Source: Podarcis filfolensis
Taxonomy: Eukaryota
DNA length: 64,000 nt
Strand: one strand, 5' to 3'
Assembly: GCA_964270895.1 (NCBI GenBank)
Contig: OZ185439.1
Shown: positions 23,735-37,395 of the stretch, one piece after another
How the letters are laid out: every line of letters starts with the position of its first letter
Numbering within the stretch: the stretch's first letter is position 1
Notes under the pieces: generated by a model
What the model was told of the DNA's origin: nothing
The model's input: the letters and a program-made list of their open reading frames with translations, nothing else
Database searches by the model: none
Translations under genes and position numbers: made by a program

Positions 23735-23825
23735 GGTGTTGTCCAATATACGTCTACTCAGAACTAAGTCTCATTGAATTCAATAGGGTTTACTCTCAAG
23801 TAAGTGTGTTAATAGGATTGCAGCC
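23735..23825. mobile_element. Short palindromic DNA-transposon relic (Harbinger/Chompy-like)
   Basis: tactcagaactaagtctcattgaattcaatagggtttactctcaagtaagtgtg...aggattgcagcc; central ttgaattcaa palindrome. Confidence 0.45.
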
Positions 23826-26333
23826 AGAAAAGATGAAGGAAACTTTGAACAACGGCTGTTGAGCTATTCTTTGATCACATGGAGACTGGCCATATAATAG
23901 CAGAATCCTGATTATATCATTAATTATCTCAAGAATATCAGCTGGGAGATATCTTTTCACATGCTCTACAATATCAGAACAGCTTTATAATGCAAATACA
24001 TCCATATTTTCCTGGACATTACCGGAATTTCAAAGGCGGAATTGACATCCAGGGGGATTTCCAAAAAGCAGCACTCAACAACCTGGAGGGGGTTGTCTAA
24101 AAAAACCACAACAATTTTGGGGTCTTGTACTTTTTGAAATATGGCAACCCTATCTTAGAGGTAAGTTTCTCACTGTGTTCAGTGGGGCTTATTGCTAGAT
24201 AAGTGTGTACAAGACAGCATATTTTGTTTGACTGGATATAACATTTCCTCAAGAAACAATAAAATGCCAGTTTTGAAGAAAAAGTTTACTATATATATGA
24301 TTTCTTCCTGCCCCTCAATATAGTAATGTGCTTTGGCCAGTGAGACTCTGGCTCAAATCTCTGCTGAGCCACAAAGTTTACTGGGTGACTTTTGAGCCAG
24401 CAGCTATGATTCATCCCAACCTGCCTCTGAAGGCCATTGTGAGAATAAAAGGTGGTGGAATGTAATCATGCATCCCAGCTTGAACTATTTGGAAGAATTG
24501 CAAGACTAAATGGTAATAAGCAGTAAAACTACTGTCAAGAGGATAGTTATACAGACCAATGTTCTTATGGATTAACAGCATCTAACTGTCCCTCTCTACA
24601 TTTTCAAGAAGTGATGGAATGTAGAACAAGAGTGAGAGAAATTATTTTATTCCTATGAAAGTCGCAATTATAGGCATCAAAATGTCAGGAACCTTCTCAG
24701 CAGTGATCTCAGAACTTTGAGGGACTTGTTAATGGATTCCTATCCTAGGATCAGGGAAGCATTAAGACACCCAGAGCTATTTTGTGTTCGAGTAGCAAAA
24801 CAACAGGCAGGAGAAGAGGAAAGGAATCACATAAGGGCTACAGAGGCATTTAAGGAGTAAAAAACCTAGGTGCCTATTACTAGTAGTTACATTACCCAGT
24901 TAACTCACAGGTAAATGTCTCCTAGCACCCATACAGTAGAGATGTATTTGATCTCAGTCTCGGAGCTGCATTGCTATCTATAATTAGCACCATGATTTGA
25001 CATAAAAGTCAATATAAAAATATTGGAACAGCAACCTCCATCTGAATTTAAAAAGGCAGTATTGTGGAAAGCCGTTAGCTAAATGCATCACTATGCTCAG
25101 CAATACTGCACAATTAACAGATTCAGCTCTCCAAACTTCCATTAAAAGCAATTATTATTCATTTATCAAGAGCAAGAAAGCCCCACTTCACAACACGAGT
25201 TAAAATGCAATTAGGTGCAGTAGGGCAGAACAAATTTCTCAGCACAGAACGGGTTACAACAGCACACCCAAGCTTCATGAGGCTTGCTAGTCAGGCTCAT
25301 CATTCTCTTAGGACATAATAATGCCACTAAATATGCTGGATCATTAGCAAAATTACATAGCCAAAGAAGGGCAATATTAATAGAGCTCTGTAACATTTTA
25401 TAGGAACAGCAACTTGTTAAACATCACTAGGAAATAATTGCATTACAGTCAGATGCATGAACTCATTATGTTTTTAACAATAGAAGCTGGGCAAGCTATT
25501 CACTTTGGAGAATTCTTTGCATTATGCTTCCTATCACGGGCTCAGGGTTCATGGATATGGGGAACCAGCCTCCCTCCCCCCTGGATTTCTTTTACAGCAA
25601 CACAATAGAAATGGATGCAGAATTCTTTGGCAGGCTAGGGTTAACGGCAACATTGTCTTCCATCTCATGACTGTACACAGATGCTGAATTTACATTTCTG
25701 AAATACTTCTCATTTTATACCCAGACATGTGCATAAAAAGGGAATCAGAGAAGATGCCACCCAGTGACACGCAGCGATTCATATTTCTAAAAGAGAAGAC
25801 ACCGTTAGGACTGGATATACCTTTCAAAAGCCTTAACACCTCGGACCCACATTTGGATCTCTTTCCCTTGATTTCAAGTTGCATGGCACAGCTGAAATGT
25901 GAGTCAGTGCTTAGAGGAGCAGGTGTTGGAACAGAAGATCATAGTGGCTTGTGAGCTGGTGATCTAAATATAGAACGTCATGCAAGAATTTAGCTCAATA
26001 CAGTCACATGCTGCTTGTAGGCTTCCCATAGACATTGGGTTGGCCAGTGTGAGAACGGGATGCAAGATAGTTGGGCTGTATGCCACCAACTCATCTCTGG
26101 CCAGGGGACTGCAAGGAGACCAGCCCCACCAGTGAAGTAAACCTCCTTGCACCAAAAGGCCAGAGTGGTTCATTCCACATGAGCCCTATACATTAAGTTT
26201 CAGGGTTGGGTGTGAGTAGCTATGAAACTTGTTCCTGTTGAGTAGAGATCACTTTTGTTTGCCTTTATTTCAACTTCAGCAGCTTGAGACCAGGATGTGC
26301 AAATAACTGTCTCATTGATCTGGTTTGCATGTA

Positions 26334-26578
26334 CAGTCGTACCTTGGATCCCAAACGCCTTGTGACTCGAACGTTTTGGCTCCCGAACGCTGCAAACCCG
26401 GAAGTGAGTGTTCTGGTTTGCGAATGTTTTTTGGAAGCCGAACCTCCGACGTGGTTGACACGGCTTCCAATTGAATGCAGAAAGCTCCTGTAGCCAATCG
26501 GAAGCCACACTTTGGTTTCTGAACGTTTTCAGAAGTCGAATGAACTTCCAGTTCCATTTGAGAACCAAGGCACGACTG
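26334..26578. mobile_element. Tc1/pogo-like MITE, family E, 245 bp
   Basis: TIR cagtcgtaccttgg / ccaaggcacgactg; TA TSD; CpG-rich. Confidence 0.9.
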
Positions 26579-27037
26579 TAATCCTAAATTAAGGCTTGGC
26601 ATTATGTGCTCAAGCCTTGAGCTTGTGCATTACCTCTGCCCTTCCAACATGACCACAAGCCGGAGCTAGGCAGTTTTCAGTAACCATGGTTCATTATATC
26701 ATAGACAAACCAGAAACTATGGTTATTCTTAACTATGGTTGGAAAGGGTATAAATTTACTACACTAAATAAATTACACATAGGCTGACAACTGGGTAAAT
26801 GTGAGTGCAATTAAAGCTGAAATTCCCCTGTTCAGTTTGATGGGGCACAGAAGTTAGGGCAAGTGAATCAGATCATGCTTTTTTAAGATCATCCTTCAGT
26901 ACTGTCTTAATGTTATTCACAAAGTTCTGAGAGGAAAAGAGCATCTTTGCAGACAAGCAACACTTGAAATGCAAAGAGAAGAGTAACTATTGCTGTAAAA
27001 CAGTTTATTGACCTATCAATCCTTATGTTCTTTTCAG

Positions 27038-27068
27038 GATTGAGAACTGCTAACCCTGGGAGAGAAAG
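27038..27068 (+). CDS. Candidate 31-nt exon (coding or UTR)
   Basis: ccttatgttcttttcag | GATTGAGAACTGCTAACCCTGGGAGAGAAAG | gtgagt; near-consensus signals; single open frame (LRTANPGRE). Confidence 0.4.
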
Positions 27069-29332
27069 GTGAGTGTTAGCTCTTGTGAGCACTCTGCTAT
27101 TTTATATTAAATTTCCAAAACAGCCCTATTAATATCTATACTCTGCCAGAAAACAATTAGATTAATATTTAAACCCTTTGAGAAAACAATCAGATAGGGA
27201 TCAAGCAGGTTATTTGACAAGAGACCGCTGGGTTCCAATCCTCACTATTGCAACAATTTCTCTAGATTAGGAAAGCATTTCCCCGGAGTGTACCACAGAT
27301 TGAATAAAATGTGTATTGAAAACGTAATGAAAGAAACATGATTAAAAAGCACAACAACTTGCTGATAATTATTTCATCATGCCAGAAGAAATGAAGCTAT
27401 TTTAAAGATACAATTAAAGAGATCAGTAATATAAGGCAATCAAACTCAGCTAATGTACAATGCCAGCCTATTCTAGGGCAAACCCACTGAGCAACAATTC
27501 CAAATTGCATGGATTAGAACTTTAAAACTTTCCACTTAACTTATGGAAGGAGGTGTGCAAAACAAATATATTGCATAAATGCACATGCAACTTTCAGCAT
27601 ATATTAAATTTTTTTGCAGGATGGCCGGGGGGGGGGGGGGGGGAGGAAATGCTAAGACAGGAAACCTGAAAGTGTAAGAGGGATAGTAAGGGTGAAGTAC
27701 CATAGATCTCTGTGTTTTGCATGCAGGAGGTACCCACACCTTCAGAAAAAGAGTATCTCATCTGGAACAGCTATGGGTTGATGGGCAGAATAATCCTAAA
27801 GAGGGACTGGGAGGGCAAGGAGTCTTCCACTTTATTCAGAGCCCTGCTGGTTTATGCTGGCCAGGACAGAAGATGGGAGCCACCTTTCTTCCCAATATGT
27901 GTCATGCCAGCTCCAGTCTGACATAGCTGAGTGTGGAATCCGCAAGGCTGCTCCACAATGCCCCGTTTCAGCATTTTCTGCAGGCTAGACCCAGCTGGAG
28001 AACCAAAAGCTTACCACCCACTTTGGCGGAGCTGAGGCCTCGGCAATATAGGACAGCATTGTATGTTCATATGTCAGTTGCAAGGGAACAGAAAGCAGGA
28101 AGCTGTGGCTATGGTGATTAAGAGGAGATGGTGACATCACTGAGCGTTATGTCAGATAATGAAGCTCACATCAGATCACACCTCTGCTTCCATCAATAGA
28201 GAAACTGCAATGAACCCGAATGAAAGAAGAGGGAGGGAGGGAGGGAGGGAGGAAGGACTGGACTCTGTTGCTGAAGAAGAGTGCTATAATCTAAGGCCAT
28301 GATGCATGGTGACAGCGGCATGGGCATGGCATGGAGGTGTGTTTAGGGCAGTGTGGCTGGTTCCTCCACACAGGGCACCATATTACTAAGGTCTGCCCCT
28401 GAAGGAAGCATAGCAAGTTCTATCAAGCTACGGTTCTCTGTTTTGGGTCCCCAGGGGAAAGGAGAGGGTTTTCTACATGTGGCGGCATGTTAAGAATTCT
28501 GCATATGAATCTGTTCATTTACGATCAGTTCTTTTAAGCAAGATCAAAGCTTGCTTAAAAGATGTTTCAAATTATCATAGTGATGGGAGAGATAAAAAAG
28601 GCCACAGAGTCCAGGCTCCTTTCCAAAGGACAGCTGGGATGTTCACAAATCTTATGCACAATGCAGAGGTTACCCATCCCTGCTTTAGAGAGACTCTCCC
28701 TACACGAGCAACTTTGCTGTGTTTTCCTGTCACTGGATCCAGCCATTTTTGGATGGCAGGCGGCCTTTGTTCAGTGATATTATGATATTCAATGAGCAGG
28801 TCCGAAACAGCTTAGTGAAGCCGGACAGAATTGGTAATGAGGGCTAGGATTTCAGCCTAGGTTTGCCAGATCTGTATATGAGCTAACAATCTGGGAGATT
28901 GCGTTTAAATGGGTCTTTCAACATTTAATGACATAGTTTGCTGAATAGCCACAAAACCTTCAGACTCTCTTCAGGATTTTAAGATTTATTGCAAAATGCA
29001 GCTTTCCTTGCAGTCTTTAATATAAGAGAGATTTTATTATGAGAACAGTTTGCAATGTGTAATTCCAATTCATTTCCACTAGACCTCTTTCTCTTCTCCA
29101 TCACTGCTCATTTGGGGGGGAAGTTTGATTAATCTTCTCCTGTTGGTATTTATATTCATCTAGAACACAGTTGCCACAAATGATCAGGATCATTCTTAAG
29201 GTTTCAAATTTGTGATGTTTGATGCACCCGCCCTCTTAGCCTTCCACACCAATGATTCACCCCAGTGACACTTATCACAGCACTTGATTGGAAGACCTTG
29301 TCTAACAGCAAGTGGACAGTAACATTGGCAAG

Positions 29333-29483
29333 ATCACAGAATCATAGAATTGTAGAGTCGGAAGGGGTCCCAAAGCTCATCTAGTCCACCCCCTGCAATG
29401 TAGGAGTATTTTGCCCAACATGGGGCTTGAACCCATTGCCCTGAAATTAAGAGTCTCGTGCTCTACTTACTGAGCTATCCCTG
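29333..29483 (-). mobile_element. tRNA-Lys-derived SINE with CR1-type tail
   Basis: Minus gatagctcagtaagtagagcacgagactcttaatttcaggg...ggttcaagcccc...ggactagatgag...ctctacaattctatgattc. Confidence 0.85.
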
Positions 29484-30353
29484 CCATAGAAATTGGAATT
29501 GAACCTTCCTTCACCAAACTCCCAACTGGATGACAATGCAGTAGAGGTCTAGATGTCTACTGGTCTAGATTAAGCCGCTCCCCCCCATGCATGCCCTACT
29601 AATGTACACATTTTTATACACATTTTCTGGTTGGAGAACTGCGTCACAAAATTCAGCAAAGTGTCAATTTAGAAGGCTAATCGTGTTTTGATTTGCATAT
29701 TGGTTTGAAAATTGCAGATTAGGTATTTTATTGTTAAAATGCGAAGGCAGTTTAAATTCTATCCCCAATAGGAGTGGGGGCAAGGCAAAATGTGCTAATG
29801 GTGAACTACTGCTGCACCAGCCTTGTACAGCCTGGCCAATGGGAGAGGGGGGCTCTGATTTTAAAAGCTCAGAAGCCTCCCCCCCCCATAGCATTTCTTT
29901 AAGGCAGGGTAGCATGTCTAGCCTTCTTCGGTTGCAATGTAGCATTAATAGCTGCTCTGTTCCAAGTAGCATCCTGCCCCTTCAGCTTGCCCATAGATGT
30001 TCCTTTTGGATTTTGGGTCAGTGCAGGTAAGAAGGGAATAGGAAGGTGTTTGTGAGCACCCTGAGGCATTAACTGGATGGTGAAGTGGGCTTCCCTAGGT
30101 CAGCCTCTTAGGACTATAAGGATTAGGGGATAAGGACTGGAATCCCCTGTGGGCCATGCCTGCTTCACCCACACAAATATCAGGGGCTGCAAGGTGTGTG
30201 TGACAGAGGTAAGCCTCCTTCAACGCATTTGTGGATGTGTGCAAAAAAACTAGGAGGAGGAACAATGGCAACTGCTGACAGACTTGCAGGCAGGATGGGA
30301 CTTGCTCAGAACTGTCTCTCTCTGTGTGTGAATGTATGGGAGGTGAGCAGAAG

Positions 30354-30508
30354 CAGTGTTTTTTTTTCGGGGGGGGGGCAGACATAGTGGTACGCATACC
30401 CCTAAACATTTTGGGAATCTAAGTTTGGCCTCACTGAGGGGCAATATTTCAATATGAGTAGGAAAATGAGAGTGCCCCTAAACATTTTTTTTAAAGAAAA
30501 AAGCACTG
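30354..30508 (-). mobile_element. hAT MITE family D, 155 bp
   Basis: 8-bp TSD agcagaag/agcagtag; both ends match the larger element at 17056-17806. Confidence 0.85.
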
Positions 30509-30845
30509 AGCAGTAGATTCTACAATCTCAGTGCAGGGAGTTATACATATACAGGAGACTGGAGTTTAGCCTGTTGCAAGTTTTTTGAAAGAAAGCTTGT
30601 AGTCCTGGTTCAGCGGAAATCTGTATCTCATGCTCTTATTCCTTAGTTGGGGAATTAGAACTCCTTTATACGCATTAAATTCTGCCATGCCTTCTTATGG
30701 CTACACTTGTACTACTTTATATATTCGCTGGAAATGTGATGCTCTAGGGCTCTGTACAGTTAGTGAACCCTTGGGACAATTTACTTACTTACTTAATGCC
30801 TTTCATATAAATTTCAAGGTGATTTACAACAGTACTCTAAACTAG

Positions 30846-30972
30846 AACCCTGTGTCCCTCCAGGTGTTGTTGGATTCCAACTTCCATCAGCCCAACCAGC
30901 CTGGCCAACAGTCCAGGATGATGGAAGTTGGAGTCTAGCAACATTTAGAGGGCCACAGGTTCCCCACACCTG
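30846..30972. mobile_element. URR1-like hAT MITE
   Basis: ccctccaggtgttgttggattccaacttccatc...gagggccacaggttccccacacctg. Confidence 0.7.
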
Positions 30973-31073
30973 AGTTAGAACAGCTAAAAATGAGTGTAAA
31001 GCTATAACAATAAACACCCAGGGCACAGACTTCAATTTTCCTCATCCAGCTGGAAAAACTTATCAAAACGGTA

Positions 31074-31230
31074 CAGGCAGTGACCATTTTGTGCATGTCC
31101 AGTTGATGCTGACAAATGGGTCCTTTTTGATCCAGAAGAGGGCAGAATGGGGTGGGGCAAATTTATGCACAACGCACTAATAAGCGTGGGAGGCAGGAAA
31201 GGAACCCCAGTGCAAAATGGTCACTGCCTG
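31074..31230. mobile_element. Tc1/mariner-type MITE, family F, 157 bp
   Basis: Perfect 18-bp TIR caggcagtgaccattttg; TA TSD. Confidence 0.88.
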
Positions 31231-31895
31231 TATCTTCATTTCCCCCTGTAAACTACAAATAGTCGGCACCTGATGTATCTCAACAAGATGCTATTCCCCA
31301 AGACAGGGCAGTCTCACTGAAAGCCCTGCTTCTGATATTTCAGGAACTTCAAGGAAAAGCTCTGCAGCAGAACACAGTGACCCACGGAATATGCAAGGTA
31401 TAAGGTGGTCTCTGGCAGGCTTAAGTAATATTACTGCAGGGTATTCTTAAGTGAGTGTGGGTGTGAGAAACAGATACCACTGCAGTATGTACTGTGTCTG
31501 TGTATGTACTGTGAAGTTTCATGGATCTCCGGTTGTGAAAAGCGTATTTTCCATTTAGTCAGCTGCACAAAATTCTCCTAAGGAAGAAAACTCATTATTT
31601 AATTAGCATATGCAGGCACGATTCATAGGCTTCTCTAAAATAAATATACAAACTATCTGGTTCAGACTCAAATATCCCATATTAACATCATTCTGACCAC
31701 CAGCGCTTAAATAACAAAGCATTTTTAGATGTCAGGAACCACTGGCAGATCTAATTAGCCAAATCAAATTCATTTCATTGTGCAAACATCATAGAATTTA
31801 CGATCCAGTAATGCATGATGAGCCCTTTGGTGTCTAAAATGGCTGTGAGTCCTTTCACTCACCCTTAATAAATAATCTTTTATCTCTCTTTGCAG

Positions 31896-32065
31896 GCCTA
31901 TCATGACTGATCAAAGTGAGATGCTGTCTGGGCTAGATTTGCCTTTGCATGGGAGAGCTTATTCCACCCACAGCCTTCAGAATAAGCCTTGTAGAATCAT
32001 TCCTTTAATGGGCAGCTCTCCGGAATCAAAACCTTTCTTCACTGCATTATATTTTTTCATATATG
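31896..32065 (+). CDS. Candidate 170-nt exon
   Basis: tttatctctctttgcag | ... | gtatgt; only the phase-2 frame is open (PIMTDQSEML...FFTALYFFIY), in frame with 27038-27068. No homologue recognised. Confidence 0.35.
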
Positions 32066-32078
32066 GTATGTTTGACAA

Positions 32079-32434
32079 GAAGGGATGCAGGTGGCGGTGT
32101 GGGTTAAACCACAGAGCCTAGGACTTGCCGATCAGAAGGTCAGCGGTTTGAATCCCCGCGATGGGGTGAGCTCCTGTTGCTCGGTCCCTGCTCCTGCCAA
32201 CCTAGCAGTTCGAAAGCACGTCAAAGTGCAAGTAGATAAATAGGTATTGCTCTGGCGGGAAGGTAAACGGCGTTTCCGTGCGCTGCTCTGGTTCGCCAGA
32301 AGCGGCTTAGTCATGCTGGCCACATGACCCAGAAGCTGTACGCCGGCTCCCTCGGCCAATAAAGAGAGATGAGCGCCGCAACCCCAGAGTCGGCCACTGC
32401 TGGACCTAATGGTCAGGGGTCCATTTACCTTCCC
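32079..32434 (+). mobile_element. Sauria SINE, full length (lacertid type)
   Basis: tRNA-like head, body ctgccaacctagcagttcgaaagcac, BovB-like tail ccccagagtcgg...tttacct; perfect 12-bp TSD tatgtttgacaa (32067-78, 32435-46). Confidence 0.95.
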
Positions 32435-33904
32435 TATGTTTGACAACTAAGCATATAAAATAAGGTGAAATACTAAGCCTAGACTGAGAACTTGCTGCCT
32501 TCCAGGTCTTGGGCAAATCTACACTGTACATTTGAAGCACATTCAACACATATAACCTCTTCAAATCCCATGGAATCATCCTCTTTGCACAGGGTAACTT
32601 CAGATATGGCCACAGAATCCATTTTAAAAGTCATTGTTTGGTGGCATCCCTAGTTAGAATACTTATTTCAATGCCCCCCCCCCCCATGATACACTTCACA
32701 GGAAACAGACACTGCTGAAAAAGAAATTTGGCATCCTTTAAACTGTTTATGTTTAAGAGAACTTTACAAAGTACTTAGTTAAATTGTGAATGTACCGTTT
32801 CCAGAACCAGAGAGTTTGGGAGTCAGCTGAGACTCCTCACAAGTCTGATTTCCCCAAAGTAAATGATTAATAATTCTTGAAAGCTGGGCTTTAAAATATA
32901 TTGTCTTTGGTAGGCAGAAAATGAGCAACTGAAAGAACTGAAAATGTTGACCTATAAACTATAGATATAGAGCGGTTATGAATCTTGTATACATTTATTT
33001 CAATTTGTACTTTAGCCCCTGGGTCTAATTGTGGATTTGGCCTTCAAAACCGAATTATCTTAAAGTGATAACTTATACAACATGCTGGGAAGAAAACAGA
33101 ATATGGCAAAGATAAACAATGAGGACTCAAAGACTAATGTTATACCTTGAACCACTTCCCCCTCCCTAATTATTTAAATTGAAAAGAATTGACATTGCTT
33201 TTGCCTCTTTAATACCAATGTGTTATTGCCTGCATCCCATTGCTAATTCAGTAACCTTCATTGCAGTATTGATGCTTCCAATTACACGCAATTTATTTTG
33301 TTAACACATTAAATGAAGCGTCTGAAATAAGCACCTAAATTAGATTCAGTAGGACAGTTGTTACAATTTCATTAAATTCCAGTATACTCTGCTGCGGAGC
33401 ATTTACTTTGTATTTTTAACTATTGTGTGCGAAATGGTTAGCCAAAGAAATGAAGGTGCCATTTGATTAAAAGCACTAAAAATTTAAAAGGATGTGCCTG
33501 GATTTAATTGCACCAAAGAAAATAGCTGTTAGATATTAATTAGCATATCTACTAAATGCCATTGCTCGTTTCAACTATCATTCTTTATTTGGGGAGACTT
33601 GCTTTGGGCAAGAAAAAAAGTAAAATCTGATGTAGCTGTTTAAATTGGACATCTATTGCAATGGGATGTGATTACGTCCTGAAACCTTGTGCTGACCCCA
33701 CCACTTGCGGGGGACGGACAGACAGACGGATCGACAATGCTTTTTAGACTGCAAGCATTTCTCCATCAGGCACTGCCTCACACAGTGTGTTCAGTACCCA
33801 CCACGGACATGACCAAAAAGTAGGGGTATGATGCCGCAACCACAAACCTAATTCTAGGTAGGTGTTCTCAACCTTGCTCCTCAGCCCCAGTCCATTCCTT
33901 GTTC

Positions 33905-34140
33905 ATAAACCTGACCATTGCTGATGTGCTCTCCTGGTATGCCCCACAGAGGACCTTATGGTCTACAAATAATAACACCCTGAAGATTCTGGGTCCCAGG
34001 GAGATTAGACTGGCCTTGACCAGAGCCAGGGCCTTTTCAGCTGTGCCTGGTGGAACGCTCTCTCACAAGAGACCAGGGCCCTGTGAGATTTGACATCCTT
34101 CCGCAGGGCCTGGAAGATGGAGCTGTTCCGCCAGGCCTTT
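33905..34140 (+). mobile_element. L2-clade LINE 3' fragment
   Basis: gccagggccttttcagctg...ccttccgcagggcc...gctgttccgccaggcc typical L2 3' region. Confidence 0.75.
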
Positions 34141-34544
34141 GGTCGGGGTTCAGTCTGACTCGTTTTTCTTTGTATAAGAACAAAGATAAAGGAGGTTTCC
34201 CAGCCCGCTCACAGGTCCTTATAATATCAGTGGAAACAGTTGGTTCTGGCGAGTATTAACCGCTTTCAATTTTAACCTGAGGATTTTCATTTGTCTGTTA
34301 GTATTGTGGGGAGGGACAAGAACTCAGGAGCTGGTGAGTTCTTTCTTGGTATGTTTTCCACCTTGCCATCCCATGGAGGCAGCAGTGTTGTTTTTTTAAA
34401 AAAAAGGTAATCACAGTAGGGTGGCGAGAGATCCGATCAGGGCCATAACAGTTCAGGAACGAGTCCTTTTCCCCTGCACATGCTTCCTAATTTAAAGCCC
34501 TCCCCCAGCTGTCATTTGCCAGGGTGGGGAAGCGTACATGAACT

Positions 34545-34745
34545 TGTACAGCCAATGATAAGGTATACACATGGAGCCGTTTGACCGTGGAACGGTCTCC
34601 TTTAGGAGGTTGTGAGCTCTCCTTCCTTGGAGGTATTAAATTCGAGGTTGGACATGGATGCTTTAGCTGAGATTCCTGTATTGCAGGAACTTGGATCAGA
34701 GGATCCATTGGGTCCCTTCCAACTCTACAATTCTATGATTCTATG
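34545..34745 (+). mobile_element. CR1 LINE 3' end
   Basis: gtggaacggtctcc...gaggttgtgagctctccttccttggagg...gggtcccttccaactctacaattctatgattctatg. Confidence 0.85.
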
Positions 34746-37218
34746 AGTAGCAAGTAGACAACTTACACCAAAGGCAAGCAAATCTGCAGGCATGTAGATG
34801 TGGCTTGTATTCAGTGAAAACACCATGAAAGGGGCTGCCTTTTCAAATTGGCTGCGGCAAGCCACCCGCTTCCGTCTGCTTTCCCAAGCCACGAAGCCTT
34901 TCTGGGCAGGCTCCTGCAAGTGTAAGCCATCCTTCACAACCTCTGAAGTGCAAGTTTTGTACGCGGCACAAAGGAGATTACACATCACAGAACATACTCC
35001 TTGAGATGAGTGCTTAGGTGCCAAGTCTCATTGAGGCATCAATTTCCTGGAGAAGTAATAACCCCTCAAAATTCCAATTTGGTAATGGACAGCCTCATTA
35101 GGAACTCGGAACGACAACAGCATGAGCAGCCCTGCAATAGGCTGCTTGGCAACTGCCAAAATGTTTGTGCAGTTCATTAAATGGAACCCTTTTTGCATTG
35201 CTAATCCTAATGAGATGCAGCTCTCATTACCATTCAAGCACTGTGTACTGGAAACCTGGAGCTGCTCTCCCTTCCAAACTGATAATCTTATTCCGCTTGC
35301 AAGAAATCCATAGTGAAGACCGAGTTCTGAAGAAGAAGACCCAGTTGGCTCCAGTACCAACCTACAGTGGTATCTAAGCAAGGGAAAGCAAGCTCTCTTG
35401 CTCTCCCAACCCTAAGAAAAATGCATAAGAAAAGTTGATTCTGCAATCCAACTAATGAAGAAAACATCATGATATGAAAAGCTGGGGGAATTCTCCCATC
35501 TTTTGGTGACTGTGCATAAACTTTCCTATTTTGCATAGCTCTTCCACAGGCAAAAGGAAGAAGCTAAATGTTCTGAGCTTACAACAGAAATGATTAATTT
35601 AAAGGGCTTCCAAGTTCCAGTGCATAAAGTGAGCAGAGATTTTTGAAATGCTTTCTTTTCCAAAATGGGTTTGACATTTTGTATAATACAAGAGAACTGG
35701 AAACTTGCAAAAAAATAATTAAATCACAAATTGCTTTGCTCTTCACCACTGCTTCCCCCGTGACAATAACCTATTGAGTTCACCTTCGTGGTGTTGACAG
35801 AATCAGTAACTTACAGAGAACAGAGACAACAGCCTGCTCTTAATGCCTAGTTTATAGATAAAGCAGGCACTGCTATGTCTGCTGCTTCTACTGGCCCAAG
35901 CGAGTCAATATTCTATGGTTAGCTCTGAGTCTCACACAAGAGCACTAAAACACAGTTAAAAGAAGAATGCATTCTAGAATAGCAGAATGCTGTTCAATCT
36001 GCCACTTGTTATGTAAGATAGCTTCATGCTGTCTTGTGGATCCACCAGAGGACTTACTGCAATCCTGATGGAACTGCATGAGGATCTAGTTATTGAAAAC
36101 AGTCCTACCGTTTTGGGATCAAGGGTCAGCATGAACTCAACTGTCCTCCAAAATCAATCTGCAGAGCTTGTGTCAGCCCAGCCTTATGAACCATTTACAA
36201 GGTGATTCAACATCCACTCTGGGACCTTAGGGTGAGGGGCAGGTAAGAATTCAAAGTAATAATAATAATTAATGGCAACAACAAAGCTCTAGTGTAAGGC
36301 AAAGCTATCCTATGACGGGTGATGTGGGATTCACTGGCAGAACCATTGCTGCATCCATAACCCTTCTTAATCAGAATAGCTTAATCAGAATTGTTTCAAT
36401 GGTGCAAGACCGTCATAGTGGAATTGCATATGTTTATGTGCTGGGTTTTTTTGCTTTTTAAAAAAAGTATCAGCAACCATTTGAGTTGCCATGCAATGTG
36501 ATGCAAGCTGCAATGTGATAAAAGTGGCAAGATGCAGTCACTTGACCCATCTGGTGGCTCTGGAGGTGAAGATCTGTGGGATAAAAGGTGGGTTCAAAAC
36601 CCAGCTAGGTGTGCTAATTCTGATAATAGCTTTGAATGCGTCTAGTAGAAAATGGAGAAGCTGGCAAGAATTATTTACATGTATGAATTTTTGATTTGAC
36701 TGTAAAAGGGGTGTAACAATTTCTGCATTTATGCGAGCAAGAACGCTAACACTATCCCTTGGGCTTGTAATAGGGAGGGGTGGTAGAGAGGATATAAGTA
36801 GATAAAAGCCTGCAATCATAAAAGCCTGTAAAAGCCTATTTTTAAAAGCCTGTAGCCATGAGTCTTATGAAAAAATCATGAGCATTTGGACTTTCATTCT
36901 TTAAAATGTTCCTAGCCCTCAGGTTTGCACAGATAAGTTCAATGGTGTGACTGTACTAAGCTAATATGCATAATTTATTCCCATTTCAGAATGCATGTTT
37001 TCCAGGTAGGTGGGAAGGAGAGCCCAAGAAATCCAAGGTCCACTGGTTACAGAGGACCAAATTTCTGCAGGGTTGTTTGGAGGATAAAGGGCGGGAGCAG
37101 GAAGGGGAAAACATAAGTTAACACTGAGCTCAGGGAGAAGGGGCAGGATAAAAGTGTAAATTAATTCAGAGAGAAAGTGATTTCTGATATGCTAGGAGAG
37201 CTTTTTAAAAAATGAAGA

Positions 37219-37395
37219 AGGGATGTAGCTCGGCGGTGGGGCAGCCATTTTGGACGCAGAAGGTTCAGTTCCAGAATTGCCAGGTAGGTCTGGAAGAGAC
37301 TTCTGCCTGGAGATCTGCTGTTAGTCAATGCATGCAATATTGAGCTAGAAGGACCCGTGCTCTGATTGAGTACAAGGCAGCTTCCTTGTTCCTAA
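37219..37395 (+). mobile_element. tRNA(Ala-like)-derived SINE, degenerate
   Basis: gggatgtagctc...cagaaggttcagttcc...gagctagaaggacc...aaggcagcttccttgttcc. Confidence 0.7.

Noticed and set aside
36804-36853. Four AAAAGCCT copies in 50 bp
   Set aside because: Best explained by local slippage; no flanking structure or known motif.
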